Positions 44,670 through 51,720 of a stretch of 64,000 bases of DNA are shown piece by piece. Origin of the DNA: a virus. A model generated the notes under the pieces. That model was not told where the DNA came from. It was given only the letters and a program-made list of their open reading frames with translations, and did not search any database. The stretch lies in IMG/VR virus record IMGVR_UViG_3300045988_076381. One strand, written 5' to 3'. Both the position numbers and the translations under genes were made by a program. Positions within the stretch are counted from its first letter, which is position 1. The number at the start of each line of letters is the position of its first letter.

Positions 44670-45008
44670 TTAATATCCTATAGCTAACCAAAAAAATTCA
44701 CTTCTGGTATTTACTGGAGGAGTTCCTACTAATTCTACTGTACATGAGGAATTTGTGAAGGATTTGATGGTTAAAACATCTCCTTTAGACCAATGACCAT
44801 AATAATTATTAGGAGTGAGTTGCACTACACAGCATTTAGTAGGAAATGTTTTTGGATACGATACTGTTGCAGTCATACTTCCAGTATTAAAGTTACTAAG
44901 TCCTGACTGAATTAATATCCCCCCCCCTTGTAAGATATCTGCTCTTGTAGGAGCTGCTTTAGAGAATAAGGTATTTAAATTATCTCTGGTTATAAATTCC
45001 TTTGCCAT
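44670..45008 (-). CDS. MAEF-family paralog 4 (112 aa), gp53-like fibre C-terminal pattern ending WLAIGY
   Basis: It reads MAKEFIT.. and ends FFWLAIGY. It contains an in-frame G9 tract encoding GGG. Confidence 0.55.
   Translation of the reverse strand: MAKEFITRDNLNTLFSKAAPTRADILQGGGILIQSGLSNFNTGSMTATVSYPKTFPTKCCVVQLTPNNYYGHWSKGDVLTIKSFTNSSCTVELVGTPPVNTRSEFFWLAIGY
44919..44927 (-). repeat. G9 homopolymer inside CDS 44670..45008
   Basis: Nine consecutive C on the plus strand. A change of +1 or -1 nt gives a stop within a few codons. Confidence 0.9.
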
Positions 45009-45038
45009 TTATTAATATTTTATTTAATTGTTATATAT

Positions 45039-45779
45039 TTATGTTAATTTTTTATATGTATTTCCACTTCTAATTAATTCTGTCCACCATATATCTCCTT
45101 TATAATTGATGAGTTCTGGAAGAATTCCTACAAGTCCAAACTCTTTTACCTCACTGTGGGCATAAATATCAAGTAAATAAGGATATGATTTTTGGTTAGG
45201 TATAGACATACTTATACATTTATTACTTCCATATATTAAACATCTCACAAAAAACCTTGTAATAACTTCTCTAGAAGGAATAGGATATGTTTGTTGCCAT
45301 GACGTGCGCCAATCCCAAGTATTACTAATTGTTATATAATTCTGACCATTCTCATCTATATACCATGTACTGTACCGACCTGTATCTTCTTTAGTAAGAA
45401 CTTGAGAATACATAGTAGGACTAACATCCTTTCCTTTAGTATAAGAACATGAATCGTTAGTCTCATTTACATATAATCTAGCTACACTCCTATACGTTTC
45501 TCCAACATCAAAATACGCATAATGATAATTATCAATTTTCTCTACATAAAAAAAAGATCTTGGGTATTTAAAATTACTACCAGTATAAGCAGCTATAGCA
45601 GTGAGAGTATTATTAGATGTATTTAATTTATATATTCTGAATTGCGTATCAGCATCTGGAGAAGATCCACTACAACAAAATAGATAATTACCTGATAAAG
45701 CCGAAGTAGCTATATTATACCAATATCCAGTAGAACCACCCAGAGATATAGGTGTAGTAACCATTGTACCATTAACCAC
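45039..45779 (-). CDS. hypothetical beta-rich protein (246 aa from GTG); the frame stays open upstream to 45911
   Basis: The listed ORF starts at a GTG. The same frame continues for 44 more sense codons with protein-like sequence and overlaps the end of ORF 45860..46045. Confidence 0.5.
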   Translation of the reverse strand: MVNGTMVTTPISLGGSTGYWYNIATSALSGNYLFCCSGSSPDADTQFRIYKLNTSNNTLTAIAAYTGSNFKYPRSFFYVEKIDNYHYAYFDVGETYRSVARLYVNETNDSCSYTKGKDVSPTMYSQVLTKEDTGRYSTWYIDENGQNYITISNTWDWRTSWQQTYPIPSREVITRFFVRCLIYGSNKCISMSIPNQKSYPYLLDIYAHSEVKEFGLVGILPELINYKGDIWWTELIRSGNTYKKLT

Positions 45780-45859
45780 AACTCCGAAAGTGATATGTTT
45801 AAAATCGGAAGCTGCATAAACAAACGGAATTCTTTCATCATCAGGATTTGCTACAACAC

Positions 45860-46045
45860 CTATACGACAATAGACACTTCTGTAGAAAGAAAATCGTTTA
45901 AAACCTGCATATTATCAATAGACTTTTGTACTTTCGATAGAGGTATGAATTCCATAGAAGAATACGAAGTTAATAAATCCTCTCTTGCTCCTCCGGAGAT
46001 TGCCTGAATTTTAGCTACAAATTCAGACCCCCCCCCCACCTCCAT
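45860..46045 (-). CDS. small ORF (61 aa); possible 5' part of a frameshifted gene
   Basis: It starts ATG GAG GTG then G-run (MEVGGGSEF..). It ends 17 codons after a T_TTA_AAC heptamer. Confidence 0.4.
   Translation of the reverse strand: MEVGGGSEFVAKIQAISGGAREDLLTSYSSMEFIPLSKVQKSIDNMQVLNDFLSTEVSIVV
45896..45902 (-). promoter_or_regulatory. candidate -1 programmed ribosomal frameshift heptamer T_TTA_AAC
   Basis: The heptamer is in the correct phase of ORF 45860..46045 (GTT TTA AAC). It lies 3 codons after the -1 frame opens (TAA at 45914..45912). Confidence 0.4.
46028..46037 (-). repeat. G10 homopolymer at codons 3-6 of ORF 45860..46045
   Basis: Ten consecutive C on the plus strand. Confidence 0.9.
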
Positions 46046-46078
46046 TTATAGAAGATCCTAAAATATTATTTGTTTGTG

Positions 46079-48463
46079 CTATAGTAGCAAATTCTTCTGA
46101 CATAATTCTTTTAAATTACTTATTTCCTGTTCTAAATATTTTATTTTTTTCTCAAATTCTTTCTGAGATTTAATTCTTAAATTATATTCCTCTTTTAAAG
46201 CCTCTTGAAGAAGGATTGTATATCTTTCATATGAAAATGTTAAAATAGAATTATTTATTTCTTTTACAAGCTCTGGATAATATTTATTCCAGTATTGAGC
46301 TGAGGTTCCTATACATAAATCATTCTCGTCCATCCAATTATATTTAAATCCGGGAGAATTTAATACTAAAGATAATGTATTAGATAAATTCTCTATATTA
46401 TGCTTGTATCTAATATCAGATACAGAAGTTGTTCCAGCTCCATTTGTATGAACAGTATGTTTTGTGAAAGTGATTTCGTCAAGACTATTAATCTTAGCCA
46501 TTATTGTTTCAGGTGTTTCTCCGGAAGAATTCATTAATGTATCTACATCAACCCTTAAACTAAGAATATTCTGTTGTAATGGAACTAAATCAGATAGATA
46601 AGATATTTCATTATCTCCCCATGTAATCCTTCTATTAAAAGTGCTAGGTATATTAAACACGTTATTAGTCCCCTCTTTATTTGGAATCCATACTCGAAAA
46701 TCAGTATCCATACCTAGTATCGACCAGTTTATTTCTTTTGTAGAAGGTGCAGATAATTTAAGCATTCCGTTTATCTCACAATCTCCTTTTAATCTTATAT
46801 ATCTACAATACACTTTTTCAGAATAGACTCCGTATATATCAGAACCTAATAAAGTATCAAAATATATAGGATCTCTAATACCTTCTAAACACCCTAATCT
46901 TAATCTAGGAGATAAGGGTGTAACTTCATCATTTATACCTAAATAAGATTTATCTAAACATTCTCCAGTCTTAGGATTTGTTTCTCTAATACTATGTAAA
47001 TATAAAGAATCTTGAGTTTTTAAATATAAAATATCCCCAACTTCTGGAAGTTTTTCTAATTCTCTCTTTCTTTCCTCATCAGTAGTTTTATCTAAATACT
47101 CTTCTAAATCCTTATCTAAAACATTCCCATCGATAGTAGCAACTATATTACATCCAGAAATTGTAAAAGTACCCTCATCATAAATCCATTCTAATTTTTC
47201 AATCTTAATTCTTCCTTTAGATATTATTTTAGTAGTAGGAATTAAAGTACTTACATCAATCCCTTCCTCAGAATTTTCTGGGATTTCTACATTATATCCA
47301 TAAGAATGCTTCTCAAAATATAAATAATCTCCTATTTTTATATTATAAATCCCATTTATAGATATCTCATATTTAATAGGAATAACTTCTCCAGATTCTC
47401 CAGATTCTTCTTCATCAGGAACTATTTCAGATATACTAGATACAATTCCTTGTGGTTCAAAGAAATAATTAGTATTTAATCCTCTAGTAATAAAATCCTT
47501 CTCTTTAGATGAACTATCCCCAAACGGGCCTTTAGCAGAATTTCTCACTATTAAATTATCTACTTCTAAAGTCCACTCTGAATTTATATTCTCTAATCTA
47601 TATCCAGCCATTCCCTCTATGAAATTATCAGATATTATTCCAGAATTAAGAACAGCTTTATCTTTCACATATATATTTCCATCTACCTCAAAATTATAGT
47701 TATAAGTTGGGGGATATCCTATAGATATATATTTTCCATTTATATATGTGATACCTTCTTTAGAATTAAATTTAATTCCAGAAGTATTAGTATCTAAAAC
47801 TATTTCATTATTATTAACTACTATATTTAAATAATCTTGTTGATTTTTTACCTGCAACCCGTTTGGACCAATTACATTAAGATCTCCGGACCCATGGAGA
47901 TTATTTTCTAAATTAATAGTCACTTTATCTTTAACTATTCCTCCAGAGGATAGATTTAGATATAATTCTACTAAAGTTCCATTGTTATTATAGTAATGAA
48001 CTTTATCATCAGAATTAAAATAAACAAAATCAGTAGGTAAGATTGCAATATTATCTTGGTTATCTATAATAACTTTTAAATTCCTTTGAGCAGTTCTGAT
48101 TTGTTCTAGAGTAAGATTTTGATTATAATTGATAGCTAAATAATCCTCAGAAGTTTCTACGTCGTCTCTATTAGATAATATTGGATATAGCACTCCATTT
48201 ATTTGAAAATAAATTGAATCTTCTGATTTTACAAAATACCAACCATCAGCAGCTCCTATATCATTTTTATTCTGAACAATATTTATACTATTAGTATCAT
48301 CAGTAGTCTTACATACCTTTCCATTAGAAATAAGATCTAAAAAAGAATTTCCGAATCTAACTTTTATATTACCTTTTCCATTAAGAATAATATCAGTATC
48401 AGCAGATCCTACCATTAAATATGGCTTTCCTAGAATCTTTTCTACTTTAATAAGTTCTCCCAT
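46079..48463 (-). CDS. tail fibre/spike with C-terminal S74 intramolecular chaperone domain (794 aa)
   Basis: The C-terminus SDIRYKHNIENLSNTLSLVLNSPGFKYNW...IGTSAQYWNKYYPELV...FSYERYTILLQEALKEE matches the Peptidase_S74 auto-cleaving chaperone pattern. Confidence 0.75.
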   Translation of the reverse strand: MGELIKVEKILGKPYLMVGSADTDIILNGKGNIKVRFGNSFLDLISNGKVCKTTDDTNSINIVQNKNDIGAADGWYFVKSEDSIYFQINGVLYPILSNRDDVETSEDYLAINYNQNLTLEQIRTAQRNLKVIIDNQDNIAILPTDFVYFNSDDKVHYYNNNGTLVELYLNLSSGGIVKDKVTINLENNLHGSGDLNVIGPNGLQVKNQQDYLNIVVNNNEIVLDTNTSGIKFNSKEGITYINGKYISIGYPPTYNYNFEVDGNIYVKDKAVLNSGIISDNFIEGMAGYRLENINSEWTLEVDNLIVRNSAKGPFGDSSSKEKDFITRGLNTNYFFEPQGIVSSISEIVPDEEESGESGEVIPIKYEISINGIYNIKIGDYLYFEKHSYGYNVEIPENSEEGIDVSTLIPTTKIISKGRIKIEKLEWIYDEGTFTISGCNIVATIDGNVLDKDLEEYLDKTTDEERKRELEKLPEVGDILYLKTQDSLYLHSIRETNPKTGECLDKSYLGINDEVTPLSPRLRLGCLEGIRDPIYFDTLLGSDIYGVYSEKVYCRYIRLKGDCEINGMLKLSAPSTKEINWSILGMDTDFRVWIPNKEGTNNVFNIPSTFNRRITWGDNEISYLSDLVPLQQNILSLRVDVDTLMNSSGETPETIMAKINSLDEITFTKHTVHTNGAGTTSVSDIRYKHNIENLSNTLSLVLNSPGFKYNWMDENDLCIGTSAQYWNKYYPELVKEINNSILTFSYERYTILLQEALKEEYNLRIKSQKEFEKKIKYLEQEISNLKELCQKNLLL

Positions 48464-48485
48464 AAAAGTACTTTGCTATATTTTA

Positions 48486-48493
48486 CAAATATA
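48486..48493 (-). promoter_or_regulatory. TATATTTG (-7-type) promoter element upstream of the fibre gene
   Basis: The minus strand reads TTATTATATTTGTAAAAT about 23 nt upstream of the ATG at 48463. No clean TTTG -33 element is present. Confidence 0.3.
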
Positions 48494-48531
48494 ATAATTC
48501 TAGGTAAAGAATCCAATAATTGGTATATAAT

Positions 48532-48560
48532 AAAAAAAAGAAGAGAATCCCTTCTCTTCT
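48532..48560 (-). terminator. rho-independent terminator
   Basis: On the minus strand GAAGAGAA-GGGA-TTCTCTTC is followed by T8. Confidence 0.75.
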
Positions 48561-48574
48561 TTCATTTTAGATAG

Positions 48575-49270
48575 TTAATCTCTATCTTCCTTATGTTTAT
48601 GTTTTAAATGCTTCATATAATGATAGAAAGCTTTTCCCTCTGGAATAGCTTTATCACGTAACCATAAATATGTAAGCTTAGCACACATTTGAATATCGTC
48701 TTTACATAAATCCTTAAATAAATGATAACAGATATTTAATGCATAATGCCAATCATGTTCATTAAAATCCTCAAACTCAACTCCGAATTTTTTAGCGACT
48801 TGTTTTGATTCCTCATATTCAAATTCAGCTTCTTTTGCTTTATAATCTTCCATAATACATTCAAGAGCTTCTTCACATAAATCTTTTGTGAAATGAGGGC
48901 CATTAATCATTTCATAGAGTTTAAATTTAATTATATGATACATTTCAGGACATTCCTCTTTTAAAGATTCCATTGCATCAATAAATTTATCCTCTAAATC
49001 TTCAAATAATTCAGAATCATCATCTTCATCATCTTCGAATAATCTAGATCTTTTATGTTTATATTTATATTCTTCATCATCTTTCTTAAACTTCTTATTA
49101 GTTCCTACATATTCCTCATCACTTCCCTCATTCTCATCATCTTCTCTAAATCCTCTATATTTCTTAGATTCTTTAGCTTCGTATGGATAATGTTTCTTAT
49201 GGGATTTCTTTTTACTTCCCATCTCCGACATCTCCCGTAGTAATTTCTTCATTCCTTCGATTGATTCCAT
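48575..49270 (-). CDS. highly charged protein (231 aa), unknown function
   Basis: ORF rich in K/E/D/H. Its start overlaps the upstream ORF, so an internal Met start is possible. Confidence 0.45.
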   Translation of the reverse strand: MESIEGMKKLLREMSEMGSKKKSHKKHYPYEAKESKKYRGFREDDENEGSDEEYVGTNKKFKKDDEEYKYKHKRSRLFEDDEDDDSELFEDLEDKFIDAMESLKEECPEMYHIIKFKLYEMINGPHFTKDLCEEALECIMEDYKAKEAEFEYEESKQVAKKFGVEFEDFNEHDWHYALNICYHLFKDLCKDDIQMCAKLTYLWLRDKAIPEGKAFYHYMKHLKHKHKEDRD

Positions 49271-49772
49271 TGCTTATAATTTTAGTAAGTTCTTCAATTT
49301 TCTTTTCTAAAGCTAATATCCTATTATCATCAGAAGAAATTCGTCCAAGTGAAGGATTATCCCCTAATAATTCTTGTTCTACTTTTTCACATTCTTCTAC
49401 TATTTTATTATATCTATCTAAAGATTTAAGTTGATTAGTAGCGTCAGTTTTCCTTACTCTGATTTCCTGTAATACATCCTCTTTAGTGATACATACAGTA
49501 CGTGTATCAGCTCTAGCTATAGACATATCCCTAGTTACAGTAAATGGGAATTGAACACCATTAAATAATGCGGTAATAGTTAAACTCTGAACCGGTTGAT
49601 TAATTCCGGTCTTCTGCATAAGAGTTTGGTATACATTATTTAAATTCTCTTTAGGAGGTTCATTAACAATAACTGTTTGGACTAATCCTTTTATATAAGT
49701 TAAATCCTTTTTAAATTGATTATAATCAATTAAATATAAAACATCACCTGGTTTTAATTCTCCGAAATTCAT
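49212..49772 (-). CDS. hypothetical protein (186 aa)
   Basis: ORF. Confidence 0.45.
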   Translation of the reverse strand: MNFGELKPGDVLYLIDYNQFKKDLTYIKGLVQTVIVNEPPKENLNNVYQTLMQKTGINQPVQSLTITALFNGVQFPFTVTRDMSIARADTRTVCITKEDVLQEIRVRKTDATNQLKSLDRYNKIVEECEKVEQELLGDNPSLGRISSDDNRILALEKKIEELTKIISNGINRRNEEITTGDVGDGK

Positions 49773-49801
49773 AAGATATTATTTTATTTAAATATTAAAC
49801 A

Positions 49802-50230
49802 TTACGCACCAGGAGTAGCTGCTACAGCAAACTCTAATGCTACATTTCTTGAAAATTTATTAAATGCTCCATCTGGACATCCACCGCAAGTATTAGTAAA
49901 CGTTTCAGCATCATTTAAAGTAGTTGTGGTAGTTATAGTAGGAAGAGTACCTACAGAAGGAGGAGTAGTTAATTCTAGAGGAATAGTTATAGTATACTTC
50001 TTCACAGTAGTTTTAAGAACTGAACAAGAAACAGGTCTATAAGTTATCGTGTGCACTAGCGAATAATTTAATAGAAACACATTAGAAGTACCTATTCTAG
50101 TTATAACAGGATCTTCGATAGTAATTGTACTGGAAAATCCTTCTCTACATATTAAAGATGGGAATCTTTCTACTATTTGGAGATAAGTAACTCCTTCATT
50201 AACGAATCCTTTATTATTTATTACACTCAT
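49802..50230 (-). CDS. hypothetical protein (142 aa)
   Basis: ORF. Confidence 0.45.
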   Translation of the reverse strand: MSVINNKGFVNEGVTYLQIVERFPSLICREGFSSTITIEDPVITRIGTSNVFLLNYSLVHTITYRPVSCSVLKTTVKKYTITIPLELTTPPSVGTLPTITTTTTLNDAETFTNTCGGCPDGAFNKFSRNVALEFAVAATPGA

Positions 50231-50242
50231 AACAGTATTGTA

Positions 50243-50269
50243 TTAAATAAGGGAGATTTCTCTCCCTTA
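50243..50269 (-). terminator. rho-independent terminator
   Basis: On the minus strand TAAGGGAGA-GAAA-TCTCCCTTA is followed by TTTAAT. Confidence 0.6.
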
Positions 50270-50286
50270 TGATGTTAATATTTAAA

Positions 50287-51237
50287 TTAAGCAGGAGTTA
50301 CAGTTGTTGAAGACGGACATCCACACCCATTATTGCATCCGTATCCGTTATTATATCCATAGGGATAAGCTTGGTAAGCAGGAACTGGTCTCGGAGGAAT
50401 TATACATTCGAGATAGTCCAATTTAGCGGTAATAGGATTAATTAAAGCTTGTAAAGCGTTATATTGCTGTAAGGTCTGAACACTGTTATTCAATTCAGCA
50501 TTTCTAGTTTGAAGAGCTTCGATCTTGTAATCACACATCATGTCTTTAATAGACTGGAATCCTTGGTTAATAGCTATAGTCTGTGCATCTATTTTAGATC
50601 CTACATTAGCAAAACCTTGGTTCATGTTATTATTTATATTACAAGTTTGTTCCTGACAACGTAATTGTTCCTGATAACCTAAACTAGTTAAATTTAAATT
50701 AACAGCATCTATTGATCTCTGAGTAGAGCAGCAACATTGATTAATAGCTTGTTCTATAGAACATCCAGTAGATTGAACAGTACTTAAGATAGCACTATTA
50801 GATGCACAGATTTGATTGATTATATCTTTCTGACCAAGACCTACAGTCTGACCAACCTGATTAATAGCATTCTGAATTGCGTTAGTATCACAATTTAACT
50901 GAGTAGCTAAATTCTGTACAAAATTCACATTATCTCTAGATGCAGAATTAATAGCAGTTAGTAAGTATTCATTAGATAATGCTGACTGTACTTCCGGAGT
51001 TCCAAAACCAGCACCGAATCCATTACGCCCAAAGCCACCAAAACCACCATTACAGAAAGCTAGGATAAAAATAAGCCAAACAGCCCATTGACCTCCCCAA
51101 CCATCATTATTATTTCCATCTTTAGATAAAGCTAAAAGACCTGCTAAATCATTTATTCCACTACCAGACTTTCCAGCTTCTGGAATAAAATTAAAAATAT
51201 TAGGCATTCCACTGCCCATTTCGGTAAAATTTGCCAT
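50287..51237 (-). CDS. Gly/Gln/Asn/Cys-rich membrane protein (316 aa), unknown function
   Basis: It has one TM segment (WAVWLIFILAFC) flanked by GFGG repeats, a long Q/N-rich helical region with many Cys, and a C-terminal YGYNNGYGCNNGCGC. Its GC is higher than the flanks. Confidence 0.5.
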   Translation of the reverse strand: MANFTEMGSGMPNIFNFIPEAGKSGSGINDLAGLLALSKDGNNNDGWGGQWAVWLIFILAFCNGGFGGFGRNGFGAGFGTPEVQSALSNEYLLTAINSASRDNVNFVQNLATQLNCDTNAIQNAINQVGQTVGLGQKDIINQICASNSAILSTVQSTGCSIEQAINQCCCSTQRSIDAVNLNLTSLGYQEQLRCQEQTCNINNNMNQGFANVGSKIDAQTIAINQGFQSIKDMMCDYKIEALQTRNAELNNSVQTLQQYNALQALINPITAKLDYLECIIPPRPVPAYQAYPYGYNNGYGCNNGCGCPSSTTVTPA

Positions 51238-51263
51238 AGATTAAATAAGTTTAAATTAGACAT

Positions 51264-51311
51264 AAAAAAACTATCTTCGCGCTCTGATTGTTTTCATAGC
51301 ACAAAGATAGT
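51264..51311 (-). terminator. hairpin with T-run; candidate terminator/attenuator
   Basis: On the minus strand AACTATCTT...AAGATAGTT forms a 9-bp stem with a large loop, followed by T7. The 5' arm overlaps a TATCTTTG -7-like motif. Confidence 0.4.
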
Positions 51312-51349
51312 TAATATATGATTTATTTAAACTTATTTTCTATCTGCAA

Positions 51350-51628
51350 CTAACACATGTGGTATTTTAATTTAAATTCTTTATCATAGTTCTTTAAATA
51401 TTCACATTTATTTACAGCTCTTATTATAGTAGAATGGTGTTTATTATAAATCTTTGATAAACGATAGAAAGAAATTCCATATTTAACATGTAAGAAGTAG
51501 AATAAAATACTTCTTGCATCTGTATGAGATCTAAGCTTTCTATTATCTCTCAATTCTTCTATTGTTATATTGAATATATTAGAGATTATACTTTCTAATT
51601 TATTTATTATTTCTTCCATAGAAATCAT
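51350..51628 (-). CDS. small HTH protein resembling DnaA domain IV (92 aa)
   Basis: The segment SHTDARSILFYFLHVKYGISFYRLSKIYNKHHSTIIRAV follows the pattern of the DnaA C-terminal DNA-binding HTH. Confidence 0.5.
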   Translation of the reverse strand: MISMEEIINKLESIISNIFNITIEELRDNRKLRSHTDARSILFYFLHVKYGISFYRLSKIYNKHHSTIIRAVNKCEYLKNYDKEFKLKYHMC

Positions 51629-51720
51629 ATTTTAAATTTTATATACACACTCTCTAGTATCAAAACGTATATATAAGCTATCATATCTATGGAAATCATA
51701 GTAGATAAATTATAAAATTA

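Noticed and set aside
46028-46037. G10 tract length change as the link between ORF 45860..46045 and the downstream frame
   Set aside because: Both G9 and G11 variants run into stop codons within 2-5 codons (TAG or TGA). The tract therefore cannot by itself fuse the start codon to the 45039..45911 frame. The TTTAAAC heptamer is the only plausible link.
48464-48531. Full Bacteroidota promoter upstream of the 794-aa fibre gene, and likewise upstream of 14940
   Set aside because: Only the -7 type element is present (TATATTTG and TAACTTTG respectively), with no TTTG at the expected -33 distance. The first is kept as a low-confidence feature; the second is not listed.
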